Shown here piece after piece: positions 51,137-64,000 of a stretch of DNA of 64,000 nucleotides. A program made the translations under genes and the position numbers. This DNA is from Paraspadella gotoi (lineage: Eukaryota; Animalia; Chaetognatha). Under the pieces are notes generated by a model. That model was not told the origin of the DNA. It worked only from the letters and a program-made list of their open reading frames with translations, and made no database searches. The stretch covers positions 21,375,665-21,439,664 of the forward strand of contig CM119269.1 in assembly GCA_051294375.1 (NCBI GenBank), in the 5' to 3' direction. How positions within the stretch are numbered: the first letter of the stretch is position 1; every line of letters starts with the position of its first letter.

Positions 51137-54100
51137 GCTTGGCATTACAAAATATAAAAACTTCTCTAAAGAGGAAGTTGAAAATCTCTGCATTTTCTCA
51201 TCCAAACGGAGAGTTTAAAAATCTTAGTCTTAATCTGCCCAAATCTCAATGTCAAGATAAAATCCTTTGACTTACCCGGCTCTAAAAAGTAAGTTAAAGA
51301 GGGCCTTCCTGTCGTCGTTGCTGACGAGTCTGCAGGAGACGAAGGCATCGTGGCCCAAATGGTCGCGGAGAAAGAGGCTGGCACCTGCTTTGACCAGCAC
51401 CTGGAGGCAGATGCAGGATAAATGTGAGAGAAGAAGATAGTGAAAAAAGAGCATCACTACTACTTTGTGTCTGAACCAAAGTTTCTTTTGGACTCACGTA
51501 CATTAATCAAGTGATCTTGGATTTTGTAAAAAAATTACTAAAGAGTAAAACTTATTTATATAATTATCAAAAACATTTGATGTGTATAAATCTTTTTATT
51601 TATACAAAATTGATGCATAACAACAAGTTGTAAACATTTTTTGATCAAATTTTGTTATGAAAAATTGCAAGATTACTTGTTTTACTTTATTAGACTTTAA
51701 AATTTTATATAAAAATCTTAAAATGAATAAATGTAAAATTTTAATAAATTTCACTACATATTTCACTATTTATATCTTTTAACACACAACTTACACAACT
51801 TTCACAACATTCCCCCTTCCTCCAGACCTGCGCCGCGTCGACCAATCCATATCGACAAGCCAGGGTCAGTGGAGTGAACCCGTAGTTATCTTGATGATCA
51901 ACGTAAGCGTTGAAGGAGAGGAGCAAAGCGATGATAGATGGATGGACTCCGCTGGTGCAGACTGAGAAGCGGTGGAGTCGGTCAGTCACGAAATGCTGGA
52001 GTCGAAAAGGGAAGAAGGGGGTTTTGGTATTTTATTTATATGAGCAAATAATTAATGATTAATATATAGGCGCTTCTTTTATCAAGTTAGAAGATCGACA
52101 GACAGATAGATTGACAGACAGTTATCTTAGAAAGTTCGACAGTCAAAAGAAGAGAGGACTCCCGTTTTGTTACTAATTCCTGAAATGAATTTTAACCTGA
52201 ATATATTCAACCCTATTTTATATATTCAACCCTATTTTCAGCAGATCCCGACTCGATAATTCACTTTGTCGATCCGTCGGTCCGCCCCCTCAATATTGTC
52301 GGCATTAACATCATCGCAAGAAACTCACCTCAACAAAAAGAGAAATCAAATATAAACCAGAACCGAAATCAAAACTGTCTGTCTGGCCGTCCGTCCGTTC
52401 GACCTTAGCAAAAAACTTCAATTACACGTGATTGGATGGATGGATTGGAATGAAATTTTGTGTGTGGGTAGGGAAGTGTGTGATTGATGTGGATATAAAG
52501 CTTCGATGGAATCGTGCGAGTCGAAATGAGTTTAAATGGAAAAAACAAAAAATATATTTCACTATTTGACGTTTTTATATGTTTTTACATAGGAAAAGTC
52601 GCTTGCATGTGTTTTTAACGTTTTTATCTTTTTTTTACTTAGGAAAAGTCGTTTGAGGGTTTTTTAAAAGTTTTTCTCTCTTTTTACATAGGAAAAGTTG
52701 TTTGCAGGTGTTTTTAACATTTTTTTTCACAATGGAACAGAGGTTTGCAGGTTTTTTTAAACGTTTTTATAACTTTTTAAATGCTTTGCAGGGGTTTTTA
52801 ACGTTTTTATCTGTTTTTACGTAGGAAAAGTTGTTTGCCAGTGTTTTTATCGTTTTACCTGTTTCTCTCTCTCTCTCTGCGTTTTTATTAAAAAAAAAAT
52901 TAATTAGGATTGAACTCGTAAAATTAAGCATCGAATTCGTACATGTTATCATTTTGCAATTGCAACATCGGGTTTTTATTTCTTTTTTTTTTCTCAGGGG
53001 CTGCGTCTGCTGATAAGTTTATTTTTTGACAATTAATTTTTTTTTTCAGAAACTGTAACTTTAAGTTTCTTCGGTACTAATTGACAATCGCAAAATAGAA
53101 TTTTTCTTTCTGGTTATAAATTAATTTTATATATATATATATATTCCATTTTTTTTTCAAGGGCTGAGTCTGCTGATCAGTTTATTTGCCAATGACAATT
53201 GACAATGACAAAATATAATTTTTCTTTCTGTTCATAAATTTTTCTCAAATTTTTATTTTATTTAGTATCAAAATTTGTCGTCAATCCAGATTTTTATTAA
53301 TGGGATTGCGACGATCCTTATGCTTTTAAGATTTTTTTCTCTGTTTAAATTAACGTATATTTTAATACAAGAAGGTCATCAGTTGGGAATGTGGATTTCG
53401 GCTCTTTAATCCCAATATCTAGGTACAGCGAGCCATCACCAAATGGTGATCCTTCCATTATTTTATGACTATTCTTTGTTATTTTTTTAATACATTATGT
53501 TAGACCAATGAGAACTCTAAATACTAATTATTATTTTAATCCTAAATTAAACTGCAATTGGAAAACATGCCCAAAGAGTAATTTGGTAATAAGTATTGTA
53601 TAAATTTTAAATATTCCTTGTCGTTTATAATATATATGTTTTTAAAATCTTCAATTATATTTTTTTACTAAAATCCTCACCTTACAGATTTCCCCGTGAC
53701 ATCCGTTGACGGCCTGATGCAGTGGATTCTGCTGCGACGCCGTCAGCAGGTTAACATCGGCTCCGCACTGCAGCAGCACTTCCAACGCCTCGTAGTTTCC
53801 CATCGACGCCGCCAGATGGACGGGCGTCATTAGCGATTCAGTTTCCTGTCGGTGAATATTTCAAATATATATCGTTTTTTGTTCTGTTTTATTTTGTTTT
53901 TTCTGTATTTATTTCTATTTTCTATCTGATCTGGTCCGCCTGTTTTTCTGCAGGTCTGTCCTTGTGGTATGTCTGTATTTTTAACGGTTTTTCTGTCTGG
54001 TTGGTCTGGTTTTCTATCGGTGTGTCCGTCTGTATTATATCTTGTCTGTCGGTCAGATTGACTGAGTAATACTCAGTGAGTATTGTCTCTTAGTAAAAAA

Positions 54101-56131
54101 GACAGAAAGCAAAAGGCCGAGAGAGAAAGAGAGAGAAAAAAATATAAAAAAAGAAATAGACAGAGAGAGACAGAGACATCTCTACCTGCGCGTTAGGATC
54201 GGCGCCGTGACATAAAAAGGAGTGAATGACGCCGACGTCTCTAGATTCGGCGACAGCGACGTGAAGAGGCGCCGCCCCTTCGTGATCGCGCCGGGTCGGG
54301 TCAGCGCCGGCGTCGAGAAGAAGAGAGATCAAAGCGGTACTCTCTTGTCTGGCCGCGATGTGGAGAGGGGCGTTCTTGTGGAGATCCTTTGAGGGGGGGA
54401 AATATTTATTAAATTGATTAATTGGTTTATTAATTGATGCATCTAGAACTATTGAAATGTTAGATTTCATTGTTCAGACTATTAAAGTTACACAAATAAA
54501 CGAGGATCAATAAAAAAACAATTTATTGATTCGCGAAATGTTTAGTTTAAACAACCATTCGATGATTCAGTAAATTATTTTTATAGTAATATGGTGGACT
54601 AAAAATCCACAACCATTCATCAGCGCCCATTGGTGCCGGAGACAAGTCCTCCGCCTCCCAACCCAAAGGTCCGGGGTTCTAGCCCGGTGATCGTCCTCGC
54701 AGTTAAGAGGGACGGGGCGCTTAACCCGCCTGTAACATGGTGTTACAGCCTGATACGAGGCTCAGGGACTGCTTATATTGATCGGTTCTGTCACTAACAC
54801 ATAACAATAATTACTGTCTCTTCATTTGACAAGAATTTAATCCAAAATTCAATCAGAAAATCGATAACGATATTAGAAATTATCTAATTAAGTTTAAAAA
54901 AACATTTCTTAAACAAAAACACTATTAAACAGCCCTTGATGATATATAATTATTAAATCGATTGAAATACAACATTAAATTAAGAATATTCAATAACTAT
55001 TTAATCTTAATATATAATTAAATGTGAAGTAATATAAAAACTATTGGATACACTATTCCTCAATCGAATCGATCCAAACAAAGGAACAATCCAAGAGGTC
55101 ACGCCTCTAACCTGCGCGTTGACGTCTGCGCCGAAGGAAATGAAAGTCTCCGTCAAGGGGACGTCGTTTTGGACGCAGGCGAAATGAAGGGGGGTGCGTC
55201 CTTGGGGGTTGTGAGCTTCGAGGATGGAGGTGAGGGTTGAGGGTAGAGATGGGGTGGTGGCTGGAGTTTGGAGTTGATGGGGAAGGGTTGATATTCAAAT
55301 TGGAAACGGAAATAGTGTGGCGAATCCTAAATTCGCCTCCCGTATAGCTGGGTGAAACTCAGCTTGTCCAATTGACTTGGACAGCAAAATACTCGTTCAC
55401 CAACCGTGAGTTTCGGGTTCAATCCACTCACGGTCACGCTGGTTAAAGTGTCATGGTGCCGACAAACCCTGAGCGCCAGCTTTTGGGAGACGCCTCGCAC
55501 CCCGGGCATCCCACATGTCTCCACTTTGCCATCATAGTTAGTTTTTTTTTAAATTCATCTATTGGTCAACTAATTACGGTATGTATAACCTCAATTAGCT
55601 TTTTTTAAATTTTATTTATTTATTAATTTATTTATTTAATTATTAATTATTATCTTTTTTAAATGTATTGCTTAATTCATTCCTTTTTAATTTATAATTT
55701 CTTTATTTATTTATTCATTTATTTATTAATTCATCAACCAATCCTCACCATCCAAATTTCGCCACTCCAAAACCGCCAGCAGTAAACTCTGCGCCACTTC
55801 CGCTCTTCCCTGCTCCGCCGCGACGTGCAGCGGCGTCCTGCCGGCGCCGTCCCGGGCTTTGCAATTCGTACGAGGGTCGGCGACGAGGGCGCGCGCCATC
55901 TCGGTGGCGGTCGGCGGCGCCGGAGGAGGCGTCGTCGGACGCGGGCCCATGACGGGGCAGTCGGCGCCGCAGACGAGGTGAAGGGGCGTGGTCCGATCCG
56001 GCGTGGAAGAGGAATTGGGATCGGCGCCATTGGAGAGAAGGATTTGGAGGGAAGAGAGCTGGAGAGAGAGAGATAGATAGAGAGAGAGAGGAGAGAGAGA
56101 GAGACGAGAGAGAGAGACAGAGAGGAGAGAC

Positions 56132-56168
<37 letters not shown>

Positions 56169-57598
56169 AGAGAGGAGGAGAGGAAAGAGAGAGAGAAAAG
56201 AGAAAGAGAAAGAGTGAGAGGTAGTAAAAAAAAACAATAACATTGACTCATTAAATTTACTCAATCAACTTTTTTATAATCGCCATCCATGATTAATATT
56301 TACTACTATTTACAAAAGTTATTTTTACGCAAATTGAAAAAAAAATAATAGAAATGAAAATTAATTATTTTTTTAAAAAATTTAATTGAAATTCAAATGA
56401 AACTAACATAAAACTGAAATCATAATTAATATTAATAATAAATAAAAACTCTAAATTTAAAATTTCTAAAACCTTTCCGCCAACGACGGCGTAGTGCAAA
56501 GCTGAAATTCCATTAGCGTCTTTGGCGTCAACTTTTGCGCCTCCTTCGATCAAAAGGCGCGCCACCGACGCCGCACCGAGTTTCAACGCCAACAAAAGCG
56601 GCGTCAAAACTTTGTTGGCGCCGCTGACTTCAACGTCGGCGCCGGCAGAGAGAAGAAGCTGAGAAAAATAAAAGAACAAGATGAGTTTAACTGAGGATTT
56701 TCGGTGGCTGTTTTATAAATCAATATATAAATAAATAAATAAATAAATAGATTCTATATGAAATTTGAACAACCCATATAAAAATAATATGAAGTCTGAC
56801 AGACTGCACTGAAACAAACNNNNNNNNNNNNNNNNNNNNNNNNNNNNNNNNNNNNNNNNNNNNNNNNNNNNNNNNNNNNNNNNNNNNNNNNNNNNNNNNN
56901 NNNNNNNNNNNNNNNNNNNNNNNNNNNNNNNNNNNNNNNNNNNNNNNNNNNNNNNNNNNNNNNNNNNNNNNNNNNNNNNNNNNNNNNNNNNNNNNNNNNN
57001 NNNNNNNNNNNNNNNNNNNNNNNNNNNNNNNNNNNNNNNNNNNNNNNNNNNNNNNNNNNNNNNNNNNNNNNNNNNNNNNNNNNNNNNNNNNNNNNNNNNN
57101 NNNNNNNNNNNNNNNNNNNNNNNNNNNNNNNNNNNNNNNNNNNNNNNNNNNNNNNNNNNNNNNNNNNNNNNNNNNNNNNNNNNNNNNNNNNNNNNNNNNN
57201 NNNNNNNNNNNNNNNNNNNNNNNNNNNNNNNNNNNNNNNNNNNNNNNNNNNNNNNNNNNNNNNNNNNNNNNNNNNNNNNNNNNNNNNNNNNNNNNNNNNN
57301 NNNNNNNNNNNNNNNNNNNNNNNNNNNNNNNNNNNNNNNNNNNNNNNNNNNNNNNNNNNNNNNNNNNNNNNNNNNNNNNNNNNNNNNNNNNNNNNNNNNN
57401 NNNNNNNNNNNNNNNNNNNNNNNNNNNNNNNNNNNNNNNNNNNNNNNNNNNNNNNNNNNNNNNNNNNNNNNNNNNNGCTCTCCTTACCCTTCTTCACTTA
57501 CCCTTTTCGACGCCTGCTTCGTCGGTTTCGTCCTCATCGTCGCCAGCGACGAGAAGTTCCTCTACTTCGTCCAACTCGTCGGCGTCCGCTGTCGCCAT
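49881..57598 (-). CDS. Ankyrin repeat and SOCS-box containing (ASB-like) protein, putative ElonginBC-Cul5 substrate adaptor
   Basis: Exons 57598-57502, [missing exon(s) in gap 56820-57476, inferred from a phase mismatch], 56658-56473, 56058-55749, 55215-55112, 54386-54186, 53845-53681, 51995-51828, 51400-51276, 50968-50763, 50415-50273, 50003-49881. Many ankyrin repeats (GRTPLHVAA, GRTPLHFAC, APLHIAA, GADVN, GFTPLTLAC); C-terminal SOCS box PPSLWLLTRAAIRRRI...LPVPDPIKAWL. Confidence 0.9.
52215..53335 (+). mobile_element. Composite DINE/HINE-like element(s) in an ASB intron
   Basis: ATCATCGCAA (52310) / TTGCGACGAT (53306) subTIRs; 3' end GATCCTTATGCTTTTAAGAT identical to 7599-7618; internal blocks match 11140-11375 and 12540-12875 in reverse; 5' block matches 20541-20570 in reverse. 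Confidence 0.55.
54590..54824 (+). mobile_element. ~233-bp tRNA-core element (copy 3), in an ASB intron
   Basis: Aligns end to end by eye with 13803-14036. Confidence 0.8.
55320..55535 (+). mobile_element. SINE-like structured insertion in an ASB intron
   Basis: B-box GGTTCAATCC inside the hairpin accgtgagt...actcacggt; GC-rich relative to the intron; single copy in this window. Confidence 0.4.
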
Positions 57599-57604
57599 GG
57601 AAAC
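57591..57604. promoter_or_regulatory. RFX X-box motif GTCGCCATGGAAAC overlapping the ASB start codon
   Basis: Exact fit to the X-box consensus GTHNYY-AT-RRNAAC; the central CAT (57596-57598) is the ATG on the minus strand. Confidence 0.5.
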
Positions 57605-57930
57605 GGGGGACGGATGTTATGACGACTGAGAGTCTTTTTTTTTGTTACCTTTAATCCACCTTAAAATTTTGTTTTTATTTCTTAATTGACAATAACAAGT
57701 AGTTCGCCAGTTGCAATTCTGTGGAAGAAATGAAAATTACGAAACTATATTTAATTTGTTCTAATTATCCTAAATTGTTGCGAAGATTTAAACACGAGTT
57801 GTTCAAGTTTAAAGTTGAAATCATAATTACGCGTTTTAAAATTTTGAAAGACGAAAGGAAAATGAGAAGAGCACAACCGACTAAGCAGAATATGATAACT
57901 TCTCGATCTCAACCTCCCGACAACATGGAG

Positions 57931-57961
<31 letters not shown>

Positions 57962-58569
57962 NNNNNNNNNNNNNNNNNNNNNNNNNNNNNNNNNNNNNNN
58001 NNNNNNNNNNNNNNNNNNNNNNNNNNNNNNNNNNNNNNNNNNNNNNNNNNNNNNNNNNNNNNNNNNNNNNNNNNNNNNNNNNNNNNNNNNNNNNNNNNNN
58101 NNNNNNNNNNNNNNNNNNNNNNNNNNNNNNNNNNNNNNNNNNNNNNNNNNNNNNNNNNAGAGAGAGAGAGATCGTTCGATCTCCAACTTTGCAACTTCGC
58201 AGGCTGTGAATGTTTATGAGGGCGATGAAGTTGAACATTAATTCTTGGCTTTTTTTGAATAATGAATCAAAAATAAATAAACATTAAATAGTCCGGAGAA
58301 TAACTTGAGAAAGGACCCTGCCGACTTTTGACACAATAAATTAATGAAATAAAACTATGTATAAGTAAATAAAGACTAGTGGTATATGCACGTATGTTTT
58401 CGTTGGAAAACTTTCAAACGTAACAAAACAGGATGAAATTGTTGGTAGTTCATAAATCCTCGTATCCATGGAAGTCCTTTCCCGAAAATCTCTGTCTGTG
58501 CGCTGTGCATCGTGCATTGGTTCCAGTAAAGGTCAGAGTTAGACAACGACTCTGTCTCCTTCATTCGTC

Positions 58570-60720
58570 TCACTCTCCCACTTTCTCTTCCAAATTGACT
58601 CTCGCTCCTTTTTCCTTCTCTCCTTCCCTCGTCATCCCAGATCCTCCTTCCCCAGCGTCAGCAGCTTCTGGCCCCGCTTCCGTCGCCTCAGCCGCAGCCG
58701 CAGCCGCAGCCGCTCCTTCTTCCGCAGCCGACGACGACGACGCCACCACGCACGCGTTGCCGACGACGTAAACGACGACGGCCGAAGCGACGACGGCGGC
58801 GACGGTCCAAGACAAAAGGCAATCGGTCTTCTTCGGCGAACAGCGCCGCCCGCATTCGCAGACAAAAGGACAAGAGGCTCGACGGAAATCCCGCCGCCAA
58901 CAATCCGCGGAGACGTTGGGGGCGAGGGACGTCCAATCGGGCGTCACCTGCAGCCGGCCGTCGATGCAGGGGACGTGGCCGTCGGACGGATGACAGATGC
59001 AGCAGCGGGAGATGGAGGAGGAAGAGGAAGAGGAGGGGGAGGTGCCGAAAGTGGACGGAGTCGAGGAAGAGACGGGCTCGGCACCGCACGCCGCAAGAAG
59101 GTCCAGAGTCGAGCGCGGGAAGGAGCGAGAATTGCGGAGCCAGCGACGCGAGACGTCGTTCTGAGGATTTCAATTTTTTAAGGGGGGGGGTGGAAAACGA
59201 ATTGACCTTTTAACATTTCTGAGAGTATAAATCGTATAGAACCAATATAAACAGTATCCATTAAGGCGTAGTAAAATTTATACATTCCTTCTTACAAGAT
59301 AATGGCATAGTGTGGGCGAACAACAGACCTTGCAGGCTTAGCATCTGAGCATTTTCCCTGTTTTTGTTGTTCGTCCACAACAGCAAGCTTTCAATCAACA
59401 CTACACACAGTCCATCTTTATATTACAGTCTTCTTGGTTTCCTTAACAATAAATTGGTATATTTTTTCAATTGGACATTATATGTTTTATTTTAACAATG
59501 TCCATAAAATTTTTTCAAAAGGAATATAATTTCAACAACTCGACTCACCCGTTGAATTATAGCGTCCGTTGAGAAGTTCCAAACGAGATGGCGCTCTTCA
59601 CTGTTAACGGCGTTAATTTTAAATAAAATAATTAATCAATTAATGATATGAATATAATTTTAATACAAACAATTCCTCACTTATCATCGACGACTTTCCA
59701 CGAATGACGCAACACCTCTGCCTCGCCATCTCGCGGCGACGAAGAAAACTGAGAAAATCGAACTTCGTAGTTTTGACGCAAACGACTCGATTGGCGGCGT
59801 CGCAGTCGAGCGTCGTAGGCGCCATCCGTGGCGTTCTTGGCGGCGACGGAGACGTTACGAGCGCCGCCGGATGAGGGCGTGACAGGNNNNNNNNNNNNNN
59901 NNNNNNNNNNNGACGCGTTCGCTGAAAGACGGGCCGCGTGCTCTTGTAACTGGCGTCGACGAAGTTAGCGGAACGACCCGGCCTCCGATAAGAAATGATG
60001 TGGAAATCAGTCGTGCAATTTTTCTTCGCCTGCGGGGAATCGTCTTTCGTCATCGTCGGTCGTCGGAAATCGATCTTTGCCAGGCAGCGTCATCGATGTC
60101 CAAAATCGAAGAAACGTGACGGGCGTCGTCGTAGAGAGAGTCGAAGAGAGACGTCCACGGGCTTCGAGCGCCAAATTTCGGACTTCGGGCGCTAGAGACG
60201 ACTTGGTCGCCGTCTCGACTTTGGGCGCCGCTCCGACGGCTTTTGCGTGCCTACTTTATTTGGGCACCGGTAACAGCGTTGGTGAGATGAGCGCAGACTG
60301 CGTGGGCGGTAGAGGGACTGCATGTTGTTGACGTTGGGCGCCAGCGAGGGGCCTTTGGGCGGCCGGACTTCTTTTCAGCTTCACGCGCGGCGAAATTAGC
60401 GGGCAGTAAGAAAGATCATGAATTGCGGGCGAAGCGGAAGGAAGTGAGACGGAGTTGCTTCAGCACCTTCATTGTTGTCGTGTTCCGCGTTATCGCTTGT
60501 TTGTTTTGCCCGACTGGCTGATTCTTTTTTGCTTCTTTCAGTGCGCAAGAGCGTGTAAAGATCCATCGGATGCATGCGGTGCGTGGTTCGAAAACAAATC
60601 TTCTTTCTCTCTTTCGTCTCCGCTCTCTCTGCTCTCGACTGCCTCTCCTCTCCTCTCTCTCTCCTCTCTCTCTGCTCGGGACGTGGTTGATGGTGAAAAC
60701 CCTCTCACGATCATCCGTCT
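58570..60720 (-). CDS. Partial orphan single-pass membrane protein with a Cys-rich juxtamembrane ectodomain
   Basis: Phase-consistent exons 59886-59681 (after the gap), 59600-59549 and 59160-58570: ...NVSVAAKNATDG...VWNFSTD...SRCCICHPSDGHVPC...DCWRRDFRRASCPFVCECGRRCSPKKTDC then hydrophobic LLSWTVAAVVASAVVVYVVG. The 5' part (59912-60720) is exon-like in composition but frameshifted, so the start is unresolved. Confidence 0.6.
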
Positions 60721-63262
60721 TTACGAAGTGATGTTGTGAAGGATCGAGATAAAAAAAAAGAAGCTATGCTTAAAAATGAGAGAAAGTCTCGAGACTGTCT
60801 TTGCGAAATTTTTAACTGACTGACTGAGTGACTGAGGTCAAGGAAACGGTCTTATTTTCCATGACGCCCGCATTTCATTTAAGTTTCGGATTGAGTTGTT
60901 TACGGTTTAAAGATAGGGTTGAGGTTTATGGTTGTAGGATAGTAGAAATAGGGTTTAAGAAATTAGAAGTTAGTGGATTAGGATAGGTGGAATCAGTAAG
61001 GAGGGCCAAAATTTAACAGGTTTAAGTTACAATATGGAAAAAGTCTGTAATTAATAAAGTCTTTTGGTTCCATTTTAAGCCAGAATTGACGTTATGATGT
61101 TAAAAGTTTTGATTAAATTAATTTGTCTTCACGCATGGAAGCATTTTAATAATATAACAATATATAAGAAATGCTTAAAAATTTTTTTAAAAAAATTTTT
61201 AAATTTTTCAAAATGGGATTCTGATAAAGATTAAAAGTTAGATAAAAGGTTTAGTACGCAGAATTTTAAATATTTCATGATAAATGGGTTAGGTGGGCGG
61301 TACGACTAGGTGTTGGATGGCGGCAAGATTTAAAACAAAGAACCTTAAAAAATCATCATCATCTTCATGTTAAATTTTATAGTTTTTTTTAATTTTCATA
61401 AATAAATAATTTAAATCTATCAGAAGTCCATAAAAAATTAAAATTCTTAAAAAAAATTTTGGACAATTATGTAGTAAATCGGATAATATAAAATAGCTTC
61501 CATTTTATGTTTATTCTTGATCTTTGAAGTAAATAGCACTTAATAATATTTAGTACGGACTGTCTGTTTAGTTGGTAACTTGTTCCGCCTTAGTGTTCAG
61601 GGTTAGGATTAGCCATTCTGGATTAGGGTTTACAGTCAGAGCTTAGTTTAGGGTTATGTATTAGGATTTAGGGGATTGGTTATGGGTTTTAGTAAACAGA
61701 TTAGGGTAAAGGAAAAATTACAGGTTAAATTTAAGTTCAGGAGATAAATGGAAAAATGGCCCAATAAAGGACCCGCGGCGCGCTTAGAGATGTTATTTTT
61801 CTTTAGCTTTTTTTCTTGTAGTGCCTAACGTAGATTGAACATTTTTTTTAATTTGCGTCAAAACTAAAACATTGATGGAAAACCCTACGCAAGTAAGGAG
61901 AGTCGATAAATGTTAAAGAATAAAATTTAAAAATAAATTTCTAACTTTTAGTTCGCATAAGGTATTAGACACATTTGTTTTCTGCTGAAAATGATGGGAA
62001 TCGAGTCTTCAAATCATATTGCGGTCGTAATTTATTTAACTGAAGAAAAAACGCTTAGGAAGATTTTGTTTCCAATACAGTCTCGCCTCTCCCAGGGGCG
62101 GCAAAGTGCCACGATCGTCAAATGTTATCGATTTTTGTGACAATTTTTGCGTTATTTTCTTGTGATTAATTAAGTTGCTAATTTTAAACATTTTTGATGA
62201 GTATGTTATGGAATTTATTAGATTTTATTCCTAAAAATCTTTAAATAAGAAGTGACGTGCTCAAAAACAGTTGTAGTTTCATTAGCTAAATCTTTATTTT
62301 AATAATTTTAAAGGGCATGTTTTGGGCAAAACAGTAAGAAATAAAAATGAATGAAATGAAATTTTGAGAAATATTTTTTAATTAATTGGTCTAATTTTTT
62401 ATTAGAACGTCAACTTACGCGCTGTATATTTAATTTTTGAGCTTCTAACATGTAAATACCGGCAAAATAAAAAAAAAATCAAAAGAAATCAGTCTAAACA
62501 CCGTGTTTATTATCAGCATTTTTTTAGTCAAAAGCCCTTTATGGATTTGTCTTTTTTACCGCGGCGTTGGATAGGCGCAAAACACTGGCAGTTCAGAAAA
62601 ATCAATTCCATGGTTTTGTATATTTACTGGCGGTGCTGAGCTGGTGCGAGAAAATGTGCTTTGAGGATGACCAAATTATCAAAACCGCTTCGTTCTTCGG
62701 ATTTTTTTCTAGCGCGGAGGGCGACATATCTACAATAATGCTACTTCCGGTTTTAATATTATTGATTCAAAATTCTTAATAACGGTTTGAGGTTGTTTAA
62801 ATTTTTGTAACGATAGTATCAGGGTAATGCATTTTAGTATAGACAGATAATAACAAATTTCATCATTGATTTTTTAATAATTATTTTTATTTTATTAATA
62901 TTCTCTCTTTTCGTTGGCTAAGTGAATATTAACGAATTGTTTATTGTATGTGCCAATACAACGAAACATGTACTACTAACTGAATAATAATTAATAATAA
63001 TTTTAAATAAGTAATAGAAAAATCGTTTGTAATGTGGCACGATAAATAAGAACAATTCTTTAAAAGCGCTTGTGGGGAAAGGCGCAGATATTCAAAAAGA
63101 AATGGTACTGAAAAATGCTTTATTTTGTAGTAGCTTGAAAATACGAACAGAATGACACCTTTTTGGTGTGAACTATATGAGTTATTTTGCCGCGGAAAAA
63201 ATGGTGTCTATAAGTGATTGTATCATTAGAATAGATATTTTTATTTAGATTAATTTAAAATA

Positions 63263-63839
63263 ATGACTACGGATTTTCGTCGCGTTTTGCAAGAAGTTTC
63301 GTTAGCTTCAATCTTGGAAGGAAAGTCTGGATGCGAGCCCGGATCAGCTTCGAGCCGCAATGGCAAGACGGGTCGGACCGCGGAGGTTAACGACTTGGTG
63401 TCGGGCGAGTCATAGAAGTGGGTAACGAGACGGGGAAGTGGAACAGCGGGAGCGGCAGGCGGCGGCGGTTAGTGAAGGCTGACGGCAAGCTGCAGCGATG
63501 GGGGATTTGGGCAGAAAGAAACAATAAACTGCAGCGTCAATTTGGAGAACGCGACCGGTGGAACGCAAACATCAGCACTCCTGAGACGACAGCACGAACC
63601 GCTAAACAACAACATACAACAAGCGTTCACGCAAAAACAGTGTCAAGAAAGCAACAAAACAACAACAACAGGCAAAGCTAAGTAGAACTCTCAGCAGGCA
63701 GGCAGCCGCGGCGACCGGCGCAGAAGCATCAACTGACGTCGACGTGAAGGAGTTTTCGGACTGAGGCATCGGCCGGCGTCGGGAGACGCGAAAGGAATTT
63801 TCCTTGGGACCGAAAGTGCTCGTGAGGGAAGGTTTACGA
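63263..63839 (+). CDS. Possible first coding exon of a further plus-strand gene in error-prone sequence
   Basis: CpG-rich exon-like block starting ATG ACT ACG GAT (MTTDFRRVLQEVSLASIL...) and ending at a GTAAGT donor at 63840; no single frame is open throughout. Confidence 0.25.
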
Positions 63840-64000
63840 GTAAGTCGATGGCTGACGGGCTACTACAAATACTTAGCAATCACTATATTTTTTTAGCATA
63901 TTAATGACAAAACTTATTCGTTACTCTATACTGAGTAAGGGAGTGGAAGACTTAGTAAGATTATAATAAATTTCAACTGGCGAGATACCGATCTTGAAAA

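Noticed and set aside
56754-58238. Long ORFs 56754-57497 and 57721-58238
   Set aside because: Open only because they run through N gaps.
61590-61740. Telomere-like TTAGGG/TTAGG motifs
   Set aside because: Scattered and degenerate, not a tandem telomeric array.

Overview
Intron-rich invertebrate animal genomic DNA (AT-rich introns, CpG-rich exons, many GA/GAC/TAA microsatellites) from a gap-filled draft assembly. I could splice five genes by hand through GT-AG junctions: (1) Cdc14 dual-specificity phosphatase, 12 exons, minus, 7908-17077; (2) a small two-exon orphan type-I membrane protein with a cysteine-string tail, minus, 21506-23681, exon 1 duplicated at 26980-27225; (3) a 740-aa five-Ig-domain single-pass receptor, 9 exons, plus, 39715-48748; (4) an ankyrin-repeat/SOCS-box (ASB-like) protein, minus, 49881-57598, with at least one exon lost in an N gap; (5) a partial Cys-rich single-pass orphan protein, minus, 58570-~60720. 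The most unusual signal is in gene 2. Its intron is largely a 29-bp minisatellite made by amplifying its own 3' splice site. Only the last acceptor gives the membrane form; use of an upstream unit gives a stop after 8 codons, i.e. a putative secreted form. Also present: a minimal Penelope-type hammerhead ribozyme (2178-2220), an RFX X-box overlapping the ASB start codon, a 1.4-kb palindrome just 3' of Cdc14, and Helentron/DINE-like, tRNA-derived and TIR elements. About 22-39 kb consists of near-identical, indel-rich duplicates around 25-N gaps and is probably a long-read gap-filling artefact. All gene models are manual and lack transcript or database confirmation.
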